The notes under the pieces are model-generated. The model had not been told where the DNA came from. It did no database searches and saw only the letters and a program-made list of their open reading frames with translations. Below, piece after piece: positions 27,937 through 39,394 of a stretch of 64,000 nt of DNA (position 1 is the stretch's first letter; the number at the start of each line of letters is the position of its first letter). Position numbers and translations under genes: made by a program. Origin of the DNA: Desulfosudaceae bacterium (GTDB lineage Bacteria; Desulfobacterota; Desulfobacteria; Desulfobacterales; Desulfosudaceae); assembly GCA_963674745.2 (NCBI GenBank), contig CAXXDV010000003.1, positions 448,001 through 512,000 on the forward strand, given 5' to 3'.

Positions 27937-29085
27937 TCATTTGTGCTCGTAAAGCAATCGGGCGTATATCTGATCTGTTTTTTTACTAATAGCTGATAAA
28001 GAGTGGTTTTCTTTGACAAAGAGCCTGGCTGTTTCCGTAAACTGTCGGTTTGAATTCGAATCGTTTGCTAACAATAAAACAGCCTTTCGGACACTTTCAA
28101 AGGTGTGGTCGATAATCAATCCAGTTTTCATATGAAAGAGCACCTCCTTAATCCCTCCGACGGAAGAGGCCATAACCGGCAAACCGCAAGCCATAGCCTC
28201 GAGGATTACGGTAGGGACACCTTCCCAATAACTTGGCAGAATCAACGCTGATGACGCATTCATCAGATTCGGTACCGCCTCATGGGGGATCGGGCGCTCC
28301 ACCTCAAGATGCAAGCGGGATCCGCTGGCATTTATTTTTCTGCTCAGATGCCGCAGCTTATGTTCGTAAGAGCCATGCCCAACAAATTTGATGGTTAAAT
28401 CCAGTTCGTCTGCTTGTTCAAATTTTTTTATACATTCAGTTAAAAAACCAACTCCCTTCCAAGTCTCAAGATCACCTAAATAAAGCAGGGTGAAACGTTT
28501 GACGGTGAGTTCTTTTTTTTTCGGGAAAAATATTTTTGTGTTAACGGCATTAGGAAGATGCTTAAGCTTATCAGGCTGAATTTTATAACGGTTTTTCACA
28601 TATTCGAGGTCCTTCAATGAAACTGATGTGACCATATCACATGCGGAAATTGTAAAATAACCAATTGATTTATCATATATTTTTTTAACTGTTCGTTTTA
28701 AAAGGTCTGTTTGCGTCGGCATTGGTCCCAGCCCACCGTGAAGTTGTAAAAGAACGGGGTGCTGGCCGAGTTTTTTTAAAAGGGACGCTTGGTTTGAAGT
28801 GAAGTAAAGGTGGGAATGGATATGAAATATATCGCTTCTGGATTTTAAAAGAGATGGTAGAATAAATGCGAGTGGATTAACGCCCCATAAGGTTAGCGGA
28901 GAATAGAACCTGTGAATTTTGACGCCGAACCAGTCTTGAATGCCTGTTCGACGACGATTTCTTGTTGTGGTGAAAACATGCACATCGTATTGACGGGCCT
29001 GGATTCTTGAAAGGTTGGCAGTGTACCTTTCAGATCCACCCATTTGTTCACCCAAAAATGGGCAGATATGCGCAATTTTCAACAT
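27937..29085 (-). CDS. GT4 glycosyltransferase
   Basis: GGSER, HIHS, PNAV, KG, PSYWEGVPTVILEAMACG. Confidence 0.92.
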   Translation of the reverse strand: MLKIAHICPFLGEQMGGSERYTANLSRIQARQYDVHVFTTTRNRRRTGIQDWFGVKIHRFYSPLTLWGVNPLAFILPSLLKSRSDIFHIHSHLYFTSNQASLLKKLGQHPVLLQLHGGLGPMPTQTDLLKRTVKKIYDKSIGYFTISACDMVTSVSLKDLEYVKNRYKIQPDKLKHLPNAVNTKIFFPKKKELTVKRFTLLYLGDLETWKGVGFLTECIKKFEQADELDLTIKFVGHGSYEHKLRHLSRKINASGSRLHLEVERPIPHEAVPNLMNASSALILPSYWEGVPTVILEAMACGLPVMASSVGGIKEVLFHMKTGLIIDHTFESVRKAVLLLANDSNSNRQFTETARLFVKENHSLSAISKKTDQIYARLLYEHK

Positions 29086-29173
29086 CGATAAACGGTCTCA
29101 AAAGTGATTTAAACGTTCACCTCCTTAATATCACAGAGAACCATCTTTCAGTTAATAAAAAAGCCATCAGTTA

Positions 29174-30928
29174 TTAGAAATCCACGTAAGACTCGATCCT
29201 TTTTTTAATGTCTTCGACCACATGGGGGTTGTCGATGGTGATGGTGATGGCGTCGTTGGGACAATAGGTTACGCAACGGCCGCAGCCCCGGCAGTGGTTG
29301 TCGTGGACGGCCCGGCCGTTGAGGATGGATATGGCCCCGAACCCGCAGGCGTCAAGACAGGTACCGCACCCCACGCAGGCGTCGGTGACTTCGACGCGGA
29401 CACCTTCCACCGGCGAAATAATTCCGTCCAGGTAGTCTCCGGGAATATACTTTAAGGCCGTCATCATGCAGCAGCAGGGGCAGCAGAAGCAGACGCTGAG
29501 CAATTCACTCCGGTCGGGCGTCAGAAAGATGAAGTTGTCCACCCGCACCTTTCCGGTCATGGGGATCAGCCCGGCGTCAATGGCCCGTTCCACATGGTCA
29601 TGGGCCTGCTGTTTGGTGACCTTCCGGCTGACACCGTGGGGTATCTTGAGCGCGCTTTTCCCCATGAACAGGCAGCCGACATCATGGGTGTAGTGCTGAC
29701 AATTTCCTGCCAGGCGGCAGCCGCAATGGTCCATGATAACGTGGATGCTGGCCTTGTCGATAAATTCGTGCAGGGCTTTAACCGGCAGGGCCTCGTTGGA
29801 GACGCCGTCCAGGCTTTTATTGACCGGCAGATAGCTCATGCTGTTCTTGTCCGGGTTCATCCAGGGAATCATGCGCCGGATGCCCGGGATTTTGCCCAGT
29901 TTGAAGATGTGAAGAACGGCCATGGTCGGCTTGGTGCGCGGGCCGCTTTTAAATATCCAGGACAATGTGGCCTGAATCGGGTTGTCTTTGGCGTCGCGTT
30001 TACGGGACCGGCAGAAATCCAGAAAGGCTTCGGCTGATGTGTAGCTGGGTTTCCAGCCGGTAGCGTTCTTGAACTTGCTGTTCAGCCCGAAAATAGTGTA
30101 ACGGCCTACGCTGACCCAGCCGCCGCTGGCCGGGAAAAGGCGCAGCTTGAAGGCAATGTTGGCGACCAGCTTTAAAACAGGTACCGGCAGGGGGATGATG
30201 ATGGCGCCGGCCTGCTTGAAACACCACCGGGTTGGTACGGCATCATCGGCCGTGACATTATAAATGCCGGGCAGGTCTTTTTCATAAGCCAGGTACAAGG
30301 CATCGCCCAGATCCGTCTCGTGGATGAACTGGTTGTGGGCAATGTTGCCCCAGGGCAGGGCGGTCACTTTCAGGGTCCATAATTTGGAAAACATATTGTT
30401 GGTTTTCGGGCCGACCAGAAGCCCGGCCCGGATGACCGTCAGGGTAATATCCGGATGGCTGCTGAAAAAGTCGGTCACGAAAGATTCAACTTCCACTTTA
30501 CTGGTGTTGTAATAACTGTCATCGTTTCTGGCCAGGGGCGAATCCTCGGTGAAACCGATGGCATTGTCCCGGTGGGAACCGTAAACGGTCATACTGCTGC
30601 TGTATATCACTTTCTTGATATTATTTTTGACGCAGGACTTGAACACGTTTTTACTGCCGTTGATGTTGATGTCCCGGGTCTTTTCTTTGTCATGGATTTC
30701 GCCCACAACAAAAGCCAGGTGAAAGAGCACGTCAACGTCCTTGAGGATATCGGCGATAGTGGCATCACGGGTGTCCATGCGGTGGAAATCAACTTTTCTG
30801 AAACCGCCTTTCCAGGGGGTTACATCAATGCCGATAATTTTTTCAACATCCGGGTCAGCCTGGAGTTTCGGCAGCAGTGTTGATGCAAAATAGCTGTTGA
30901 CGCCGGTGATAGCGATTGTTTTACCCAT
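29174..30928 (-). CDS. NAD-dependent epimerase/dehydratase fused to Cys-rich 4Fe-4S domain
   Basis: HLAF, NINGS, SS..VYG, YNTSK; C-terminal CGCR..C..GC, CFCCPCCC and two CxxCxxCxxxC motifs. Confidence 0.85.
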   Translation of the reverse strand: MGKTIAITGVNSYFASTLLPKLQADPDVEKIIGIDVTPWKGGFRKVDFHRMDTRDATIADILKDVDVLFHLAFVVGEIHDKEKTRDININGSKNVFKSCVKNNIKKVIYSSSMTVYGSHRDNAIGFTEDSPLARNDDSYYNTSKVEVESFVTDFFSSHPDITLTVIRAGLLVGPKTNNMFSKLWTLKVTALPWGNIAHNQFIHETDLGDALYLAYEKDLPGIYNVTADDAVPTRWCFKQAGAIIIPLPVPVLKLVANIAFKLRLFPASGGWVSVGRYTIFGLNSKFKNATGWKPSYTSAEAFLDFCRSRKRDAKDNPIQATLSWIFKSGPRTKPTMAVLHIFKLGKIPGIRRMIPWMNPDKNSMSYLPVNKSLDGVSNEALPVKALHEFIDKASIHVIMDHCGCRLAGNCQHYTHDVGCLFMGKSALKIPHGVSRKVTKQQAHDHVERAIDAGLIPMTGKVRVDNFIFLTPDRSELLSVCFCCPCCCMMTALKYIPGDYLDGIISPVEGVRVEVTDACVGCGTCLDACGFGAISILNGRAVHDNHCRGCGRCVTYCPNDAITITIDNPHVVEDIKKRIESYVDF

Positions 30929-31275
30929 GTTGTCTTCTCCTGAATGTGGTCAAAGCAGTTTGTCCCAGAAAAAAGTGTTTGCCTGAATATTTCTGTTATC
31001 TTATTTGGACTTTGTGGTCAAGAAAAAAATGATCGTTTGTTGATTCCATTAACCTCTGTAATAAAGGCTATAACCTTATTTGAAAAGTGTATAGTTTATA
31101 TACAGTTCCAGCCCTCTCAGGCCACCGGCGGCCGATACCCGAAAAACGCCATCGCCAAAGAAGCGGAGGCCCGGCACTTGATCCACTGTCAAAAGCGGGG
31201 TAGGGTATAGTCTGAACCGAAAAATTTATGAAATAACGGGCAAACCGAATTGACGCTTTTACCGGAGCCATTGCC

Positions 31276-32676
31276 ATGCGAGTCGTACTGGTCCGTCCCA
31301 ATGCCAGACTGAAATCAACTTATATACCGCTGGGGTTGGGCTATGTCGCTCATGCCGCCCGGGCGGATGGACACGAGGTGATTGCGCTTGATGCCAGGCT
31401 GGAGCGGCTTTCAACCGAAAAAACCGTTTCGCGTATTCTCGATTATCAGCCGGATGTTCTGGGCCTGACGGCCCTTCACGTGGCCGGGGAAAAGAAATCG
31501 GTCCTGGATGTGGCCGGTGAGTATAAAAAAGCCGGTGGCACAGCACCGATTGTTTTGGGCGGGGCCCTGGTGTCGAGCCAGGGCAAAGAGATGGTCGCAT
31601 CCGGGCTGTTCGATCTGGCCGTGGTCGGTGAGGGGGAATCGACTTTTCAGCTGTATTTAAGGGCACTGGACAAAGGGGAACGCGCCGACAAGATGCCCGG
31701 AACCGTTCAAAACGAGCAGGGCGTTGTTCAACTGACGCCGGATAGGCCTTTCATTGATGATATCGATAGTTTACAGGTGGCCTGGGATCTGCTCGCCCCG
31801 GAGCGCTATTTTACCCTGTCCGGTCAATCCAGCCAGAGCATTATCAAGAAATCCAGCCGTTGCCTGCCCCTTTTCACCAGCCGGGGGTGCCCTTTTGATT
31901 GTATTTACTGTCATAATGTTTTCGGCCGGACGTTTCGGGCCCGTTCACCTGAATCGGTGGTGGACGAAATGGCCATGCTCAAAGAGACCTATGGCGTCAG
32001 GGAAATCGAGATCGAAGACGACTGCTTTAATTTTGACTTGAACCGGGCCAAGAAAATCGCCCGCCTGATCATCGACCGAAAATTAAACCTGGCGCTTTCC
32101 TTTCCGACCGGTTTGCGGGCCGACCTCATGGACCGGGAACTGATCGACCTGTTAAAACAGGCCGGTACCTACAGGATCATTTATGCCATCGAAACCGCCG
32201 TGCCCCGCCTGCAGCAATTGATCCATAAAAATTTGAATTTTTCCCGGGCTGAAGATACGATCGCCTATACGGCGGACAGTGGTATCATGACCTGTGGTTT
32301 CTTCATGCAGGGGTTTCCCACAGAAACTGAAGCAGAGATGCGACAGACCGTCGCCTATGCTGAAAACTCAAAGCTTCACCAGGCCTTTTTCTTCTATGTC
32401 AATCCTTTTCCCGGGACAAAAATGGCGGAATTGTTTCCTGTTATGGAAAAACTGGACGGCAGGGACGACAGTATGGGGTACAATACGCTTCGGGTGAATC
32501 TGTCCGAAGTGCCTTCTAAAACCCTGAGAAAGATTAACAAATCAGCCTATCGGCGGTTTCATTTTTCGTTCCGGCGCATGTGGCGGACGTTTAAGGTCGT
32601 GCCCAAAAATTTCCGTACCCTCTGGGCGGTGGTGATTACATTCGTGCTCAGCTTCCGGGATCTGGACGACTTTTGA
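31276..32676 (+). CDS. B12-binding radical SAM protein
   Basis: PLGLGYVA, GEGE, TSRGCPFDCIYC, EDDCF, GFPTET, PFPGT. Confidence 0.92.
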   Translation: MRVVLVRPNARLKSTYIPLGLGYVAHAARADGHEVIALDARLERLSTEKTVSRILDYQPDVLGLTALHVAGEKKSVLDVAGEYKKAGGTAPIVLGGALVSSQGKEMVASGLFDLAVVGEGESTFQLYLRALDKGERADKMPGTVQNEQGVVQLTPDRPFIDDIDSLQVAWDLLAPERYFTLSGQSSQSIIKKSSRCLPLFTSRGCPFDCIYCHNVFGRTFRARSPESVVDEMAMLKETYGVREIEIEDDCFNFDLNRAKKIARLIIDRKLNLALSFPTGLRADLMDRELIDLLKQAGTYRIIYAIETAVPRLQQLIHKNLNFSRAEDTIAYTADSGIMTCGFFMQGFPTETEAEMRQTVAYAENSKLHQAFFFYVNPFPGTKMAELFPVMEKLDGRDDSMGYNTLRVNLSEVPSKTLRKINKSAYRRFHFSFRRMWRTFKVVPKNFRTLWAVVITFVLSFRDLDDF

Positions 32677-32682
32677 TCCTTT

Positions 32683-32915
32683 CGTCATTCTGGCGAAAGC
32701 CGGAAGCCAGAGCGGGTGAACATTAAAACACGACTGCATCCACAATATATAGAAGGCAGACGGTCTGGAAGGTAAACACCCGTAGAGGGGCACCCCCCTG
32801 TGGGTGCCCTATCAGAGGGCGACCCGCCGGTCGCCCCTACAACACCCACCATTATCGCTGAATCTTGACAAAAGGGCACGGCACGCCGTGCCCCTACAAC
32901 CTTGAACCCTGAACC
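32683..32915. repeat. Repeat cluster: GTCATTC palindrome, GTAG REPs, octamer remnant
   Basis: cgtcattctggcgaaagccggaagccag; cgtag..cccctac (32781-32840); agggcacggcacgccgtgcccctac; cttgaacc. Confidence 0.8.
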
Positions 32916-32919
32916 TAAT

Positions 32920-35031
32920 TTAAACCTTGAACTTTCTGACCATCTGATTCAGCTTTTCAGCCAGGTCCTTGAGCTCTTCAGCACTTTTGTTCACTTTGGT
33001 ACTGGTTTTCGAGATTTCGCCGGCCGATTGATCAACATTGCCGATTTCTTCGGCTATGCTGATGGCGGCTGATGAACTGTAGGCGATTTCGTTGTTGGTG
33101 TCCTGGATCCCCTGGGACGCCTGGCCTACATTGGCGGCGATTTCCCTGGTGGTGACCGACTGTTCTTCAACCGCTGTGGCAATAGTGGACACGATACTGT
33201 TGATCTCTTCAATGACCTGGATGATATTGTCGATTCCTTCCACGGTCATCATGGTGGAGTTCTGGATGCCGTCAATCTTCTGCTTGATCTGTTCCGTGGC
33301 ATCCGCGGTTTGACGTGCCAGCACCTTGATCTCATCGGCAACCACGGCAAAGCCTTTACCGGCTTCACCGGCCCGGGCGGCTTCGATGGTGGCGTTCAAC
33401 GCCAGAAGGTTGGTCTGTTCCGAAATCTCGGTAATGGTCTCCGTTACCATGCCGATTTCTTCGGCGGCTTTACCGAGTTCATCGATCTGCTGCGAAGCTT
33501 TTCTTGTTTCAACCACGGCTTTTTCAGTAATCTGGTTTGCTTTCCCGGAGTGCTGGGCGATGTCGCTGATGGTTGCCGTCATTTCTTCGGCTGATGAAGC
33601 GATGGAATCCAGTGTGGCCGAACTTTCTTCCATGGCGGTTGCCACGGAATTGACTTTTGAACTCATCTGTTCCGCTGCCCGGGCAACCGAGTTGGCCTTC
33701 ATGGAGACGTTCTCGGCACCGCTCGACATCTGGCTGGAAAGGGTGGACAGCCCGCCGGATGAATTGTTCAATGTTTCAGCATGACCGGAGACGTTTCTGA
33801 TCATGGAATGCATGCTTTCAATAAACACATTGAACCAGTGTGCCAGTTCCCTTACCTCATCCGCTTCATTGGCACCTTTGATGCTGAGTCTTCGGGTCAG
33901 GTCACCTTCTCCTTTGGCAATTATTTTAAGGCCGTCCACAACCTTGAATATGGGGCCTATGGCCCGTTTGATTAAGAGGTGGTTGGTGGGAATAATAATA
34001 ATAAAACAGACAAAGAAAACGATCAGCAGGATTTTGATGGCCTGGATGGTGTTGTCCTTGGCCTTTTGTTTGGAGATCAGGGCGGCGATTACGCCGATAC
34101 ATTTTGACTGGCTGTATATCGGTAAATAACCGGTAAAAAAGCCCCCCTCTTTCTTGATGTTGACGGTATCATGATCGACTTTCTGGCTTTCAAACTGCCA
34201 TGATGATTTAACCTCTGAGTATTGCGTTGAAATTTTCTGAAAAGCGGGCAGGGTTCCGGCGGTCAGTTCACGGCCGACGTAAATGTTAACGGCGGTCTCG
34301 GTTAACCGCCCCATTTCTTCAACAAAGGAGTTATTAAAACGATGGTAGGCGATAACCGTTCCGATCTGGACCGGCTCCATGGCATCGTTTTCCATATTAT
34401 ACTCCAGTACGGTTGATGGCATTCTTACCATCAGCGCAAGAAAATTGTCCGTGAACACAAAGCCGAAATTGTTGTTTCCGAAAATTAGATCCTGATTGTA
34501 TTTTAAACTGATATCGGGCAAGCCTTCCCGAATTGTCCAGTCCTGCTGCTGCAGATTCATATCCGTACCAAGTTCGGTAACATAAAATTTCTGTTCGCCC
34601 TGTTCCCGAAACGGGTACCCGATTATCGACTGCCCTTTGTTTTCCAGCGCGAAGGCCGCCAGATCACCTTCCAGGTCATAAATGGCGATTTTGTGCGTAT
34701 CCGTATCCTGCAGGATGGTGTACAGGGTGTGGGCCACGTTTCTGAAGGCACTTTCGGTCAGAACAGTTTTCTCGTCGGCTTCTTCTTTTGCCATCTGTTT
34801 GAATTTTATCCACATATTGCTGGAAGAAGCGGCACTTTCGGCGTCATCAATCAACTTTTCTTTTATTGAATCGATATTTTTGCGGATGATATTGAAGGTA
34901 AGGTCAATGGCCAGTTCAGAGGCCCTTTTGTTTTGACTGAAAAGCAATAAGGAAACTGCGATAGAGAGCGCGATCAGCAGCATCACCAGGCCAAGACTGA
35001 TTCGTATCGTAATTTTATTTCCGAGTTGCAT
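32920..35031 (-). CDS. Methyl-accepting chemotaxis protein
   Basis: Two TM segments, periplasmic domain, HAMP (GDLTRRL..DEV), QTNLLALNATIEAARAGEAGKGFAVVA. Confidence 0.96.
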   Translation of the reverse strand: MQLGNKITIRISLGLVMLLIALSIAVSLLLFSQNKRASELAIDLTFNIIRKNIDSIKEKLIDDAESAASSSNMWIKFKQMAKEEADEKTVLTESAFRNVAHTLYTILQDTDTHKIAIYDLEGDLAAFALENKGQSIIGYPFREQGEQKFYVTELGTDMNLQQQDWTIREGLPDISLKYNQDLIFGNNNFGFVFTDNFLALMVRMPSTVLEYNMENDAMEPVQIGTVIAYHRFNNSFVEEMGRLTETAVNIYVGRELTAGTLPAFQKISTQYSEVKSSWQFESQKVDHDTVNIKKEGGFFTGYLPIYSQSKCIGVIAALISKQKAKDNTIQAIKILLIVFFVCFIIIIPTNHLLIKRAIGPIFKVVDGLKIIAKGEGDLTRRLSIKGANEADEVRELAHWFNVFIESMHSMIRNVSGHAETLNNSSGGLSTLSSQMSSGAENVSMKANSVARAAEQMSSKVNSVATAMEESSATLDSIASSAEEMTATISDIAQHSGKANQITEKAVVETRKASQQIDELGKAAEEIGMVTETITEISEQTNLLALNATIEAARAGEAGKGFAVVADEIKVLARQTADATEQIKQKIDGIQNSTMMTVEGIDNIIQVIEEINSIVSTIATAVEEQSVTTREIAANVGQASQGIQDTNNEIAYSSSAAISIAEEIGNVDQSAGEISKTSTKVNKSAEELKDLAEKLNQMVRKFKV

Positions 35032-35214
35032 AGTAATTCCCTTTTATTAATGGTTGGACAAGGGGCAGGATATGTTTCGATTCCGCGGTCGCTGTTATTT
35101 TTGGGGAAAGCAATTTTTTAAGTCCGTTTTTTTACGATATTCTCAAAAAATCTGAATATTTATTCTACGATTAAATATGCTCAATGTCAATATGTGCGGC
35201 TTTGTATCTTCCTT

Positions 35215-36102
35215 TTAACGGTTTATCGCATTATTGAGCAAATGCCTCAGTGCATCCGCCTGTGCCGATGTAATGGTTCCTTTGTCCATGGCCAGCCCGA
35301 TGGCGTGCAAACCCAGATGACTGTATATTGTCAGTAGATCTTTGTTGTGCGCATGAATATGATGCAGGTGATCTTCTATCGTCTTGATGTCTCCCCTTGC
35401 AATCGGTCCGGTCAACGCTTCCGGGATACCCGCGGTTTTAATGTTGTTCAGCGTTCCATGAATCAGGGGGTACAGAATCGTAACGGCATCCTGGCGATCG
35501 ATACCGGCGGACGATAGAAACGAGAAAGCGATATCGATTAGGGATACCAGATAATTTGACGCCACCACAGCGGCGGCATGATAGAGAGATTTGGATTCGG
35601 TCCGGATGGTGAAACAGGTCGCCCCGAGCGCATCTCCAAGCTGTTTGGCTGTTTTTACGGCCTGTTCGTCACCTTCAATGGCCGCGACAATACCGGAGAA
35701 AGGGTTCCTGCCTGACGTGTCCGCCGCGGCAAAACTCTGGAGGGGATGAAAGGAGCCTGTTGCCATTCCCGCGGCACTGGCTGCTTTTAAAATAGTTGAA
35801 GGCAGCGAACCGCTGCAATGCAGAACGATTGAGCCTTCAGAGAATCCGTTGCGTTTGACAATGGCATCGCAGGCTTCAGAAATGGTGTCATCCGGCGTGG
35901 TGATCAATACCAGTCGCGCCCGGGGGGTAATCTCCAGGGGGTCTGTGACGGCCGTTTCCGTTCCGATCGTGCTTGCTGACCGAAGCGCTGAATCTTTTGT
36001 CCGGCAACAGACGCCGGTTATCCGGTAACCGGCGTCAGACAGTTGTTTGCCAATGGCTGTTCCCAGCTTTCCGCCACCTACTACGGCAATCGATATGGTC
36101 AT
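35215..36102 (-). CDS. Rossmann + DUF2520 oxidoreductase (PanG-like)
   Basis: VGGGKLG, TPDD, HCSG, HPLQSF, YHAAAVVASN, LTGPIARGD. Confidence 0.88.
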   Translation of the reverse strand: MTISIAVVGGGKLGTAIGKQLSDAGYRITGVCCRTKDSALRSASTIGTETAVTDPLEITPRARLVLITTPDDTISEACDAIVKRNGFSEGSIVLHCSGSLPSTILKAASAAGMATGSFHPLQSFAAADTSGRNPFSGIVAAIEGDEQAVKTAKQLGDALGATCFTIRTESKSLYHAAAVVASNYLVSLIDIAFSFLSSAGIDRQDAVTILYPLIHGTLNNIKTAGIPEALTGPIARGDIKTIEDHLHHIHAHNKDLLTIYSHLGLHAIGLAMDKGTITSAQADALRHLLNNAINR

Positions 36103-36116
36103 CTTTTCCTCCCCGG

Positions 36117-37100
36117 TTAAACGTTTCGGAAGATAATCTGACTTCCCTGGGATTCAAAGCAAAAGGGCACATTGGTCAGATGTCCAAGTTCTCGGCTGAC
36201 TTCGCTCTGGCGTTCCGGCGGAACAAAGAGAAGCAGAAAACCACCGCCACCAGCCCCCACGATTTTGCCACCGATGGCACCATTTTTGAGGGCTGAATGA
36301 TAAAAACCATCTATGGTGGAATTGGAAATTTCCGGGCTTAGTTTCCGTTTGGCCATCCAGGATTCATGCAGCAGATCACCGAACCGGATAATGTCTTCGC
36401 TGTCTGTCAGAATAGAAATGCCGCGGTCCACCATTTCCCTCATTTGTTGCATTAATGCGGCTTTTTCTTTCAGGGTTTTGACGTACATCCCGGCAATATC
36501 CGAGGCCGTCCGGCGGATACCGGTATAAAACAGCATCAGGTGGCTGTTTAGCTCATTTGCACGGCTTTTCGCCACTGGTAGCGGAATAACCTCAATGTCG
36601 CCTGAAGGGTGGAAAACGATTTGATTTAATCCGCCCATGGCGACTGAAAACTGGTCCTGGGAACCGACGGTTTCCCGGATCATGTCCTGCTCGATATGAA
36701 TGCTTTCTTCGGCCAGTTGCCGGGCTTCGGGTGGGGAACTTTTTAAGGCATGCAGGGCGTGAAGCAATCCGACCGTAAAGGACGAGCTTGAGCCCATGCC
36801 GCTTCTGGCGGGCAGGTCACCGTTATGATGGATCTCAACACCGTCGGTGAAATTAAGAAACCGGAGGGTTTCGCGAACAGCGGGGTGCTGCACTTCATCA
36901 AATTGCTGACACAATTCAATTTTGGAATAAACGATGCGCAGGCGATGTTCAAAAAAAGGGGGCAGTCGCCGGCAGAAAAGCCAGCAGTACTTGTCAATGG
37001 TAGTGGACAGAACGCTGCCGCCGTTTTCAAGATACCATTGGGGGTAATCCGTGCCGCCACCGAAAAAAGAAATTCTGAAGGGGGTCCGGCTGATGATCAT
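36117..37100 (-). CDS. GHMP sugar kinase, HddA-like (heptose-7-phosphate kinase family)
   Basis: RTPFRISFFGGGTD, PARSGMGSSS, GSQDQ, GGKIVGAGGGG. Confidence 0.88.
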   Translation of the reverse strand: MIISRTPFRISFFGGGTDYPQWYLENGGSVLSTTIDKYCWLFCRRLPPFFEHRLRIVYSKIELCQQFDEVQHPAVRETLRFLNFTDGVEIHHNGDLPARSGMGSSSSFTVGLLHALHALKSSPPEARQLAEESIHIEQDMIRETVGSQDQFSVAMGGLNQIVFHPSGDIEVIPLPVAKSRANELNSHLMLFYTGIRRTASDIAGMYVKTLKEKAALMQQMREMVDRGISILTDSEDIIRFGDLLHESWMAKRKLSPEISNSTIDGFYHSALKNGAIGGKIVGAGGGGFLLLFVPPERQSEVSRELGHLTNVPFCFESQGSQIIFRNV

Positions 37101-37819
37101 ATTTGTCCCTCCAGGGCTGTGAAGAAATCAGCCGCCTCTTTATAGGATTCGGGGGTACCGATGTCGATAAAGGCGTCCTGTGTTGAAAAGCCCATCAGTT
37201 TTCCACCGGTGAGCTTGGGAAAAATATCCTTTTCCAGAGAGCAGGGCGTGTTTTCGGGAAAGGCTTCGATGATGGCCCTGTCAATAAGGTAAATCCCGGC
37301 ATTGGCCAATCCTGGTCCGTTTTTTTCCGGTTTTTCATTAAAGGAAACAACATGCCCCGAAGGATCGATTTCGACGCCTCCGAAACGGCGGGTGTCGGCG
37401 ACGCGTGTCAGCAGAACGGCCGCGTCAGCCGTTTTCTCCTTAAACCAGGTGTAAAATTGATTCAGATCGGTGTGACAGTAAGAATCCCCGTTTATCACCA
37501 GTGACGGCCCTGCCGGCAGCAGGTGGCAGGCGTTGGCCAGTGCGCCGGCCGTATCCAAAGGTGATTGTTCCGGGGAATATGCCAGTTGGATTTTTCCGGA
37601 TTGTTTTCCCAGGGCGTCTTGAATCAAATGACCCAGGTATCCGGTGCAGAAAATCACCCGGCGGACGCCGAACCGCTCCAGGCGGTCGAGCAGGAACGAA
37701 ATAAACGGTTTGCCGTTGACATCCGCCAGGGCTTTGGGGACATCAGGCAGGACCTTTTGGAGCCTTGTCCCGGCACCGCCCGCCAGAATGACAGCGGTTA
37801 TATCTGAAAGCGTATGCAT
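37097..37819 (-). CDS. Sugar-phosphate nucleotidyltransferase, HddC-like
   Basis: ILAGGAGTRL..PKAL, NGDS, FNEK, NAGIY, FIDIGTPE; 4-nt overlap with the kinase. Confidence 0.88.
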   Translation of the reverse strand: MHTLSDITAVILAGGAGTRLQKVLPDVPKALADVNGKPFISFLLDRLERFGVRRVIFCTGYLGHLIQDALGKQSGKIQLAYSPEQSPLDTAGALANACHLLPAGPSLVINGDSYCHTDLNQFYTWFKEKTADAAVLLTRVADTRRFGGVEIDPSGHVVSFNEKPEKNGPGLANAGIYLIDRAIIEAFPENTPCSLEKDIFPKLTGGKLMGFSTQDAFIDIGTPESYKEAADFFTALEGQI

Positions 37820-37842
37820 GATCTCATTGTTTTTGAAATTAT

Positions 37843-38160
37843 CCCCGAACCCCGACAAAAGGGCACGGCACGCCGTGCCCCTACAACATTCGCAAACGTC
37901 CCCATAACCACTCCAGACCCCGGACCGCCCTTACCGCCGTCATTCCGGCGAAAGCCGGAATCCAGATCCGCTGAACATCCAGGCACGACTGTACATCTTT
38001 TGCAAAGACAGCCGGCAACCCGTGACCTCGAATCCGGAACCCTGACAACAGGGCACGGCACGCCGTGCCCCTACAACATCCACCACCATCCCCGATCCTC
38101 GAATTCCTAAGCCTCAAACCACTGTTTCTTAAAACCCTAACACCCTGATACTTTAAAACC
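37843..38160. repeat. Repeat cluster: two GTAG REPs, a GTCATTCC palindrome, degenerate octamers
   Basis: agggcacggcacgccgtgcccctacaacat twice; cgtcattccggcgaaagccggaatccag at 37938-37965. Confidence 0.8.
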
Positions 38161-38175
38161 CCCGCGTAGCGGGCA

Positions 38176-39189
<1,014 letters not shown>

Positions 39190-39254
39190 TTAACATGGAT
39201 TTTTCTTCTTTGTTTACAAGATAACAATACTGTGTAAAATAAGACAAATAACGT

Positions 39255-39372
39255 TGTCACCCCGGGCTGTCGGCCTTGGGGCCCGCAGCCGGAATGACGG
39301 CGTTGGATGGTGTAGGGGCAGGCCCCTGTGCCTGCCCTGATATTAAGGGCACCCACAGGGGGATGCCCCTAC
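39255..39372. repeat. GTCA-type palindrome remnant plus GTAG-REP doublet
   Basis: ..gccggaatgacg; tgtaggggcaggcccctgtgcctgccct...gatgcccctac. Confidence 0.75.
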
Positions 39373-39394
39373 TAATCAGGCGGGGCTTACTACC

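Noticed and set aside
31225..31275. GGGCAAACC upstream of a radical SAM gene as a c-di-GMP-I riboswitch, or a cobalamin riboswitch in 30930-31275
   Set aside because: The GAAA tetraloop stem, GCAAAGC motif and B12-box elements are not present
35105..35130. Sigma54 promoter upstream of the MCP gene
   Set aside because: GG-to-GC spacing is 12 nt rather than 10
37843..38100. Possible CRISPR array from repeated 30-bp palindromes
   Set aside because: Only two or three copies per site, irregular spacing, mixed orientation, no cas genes; these are REPs
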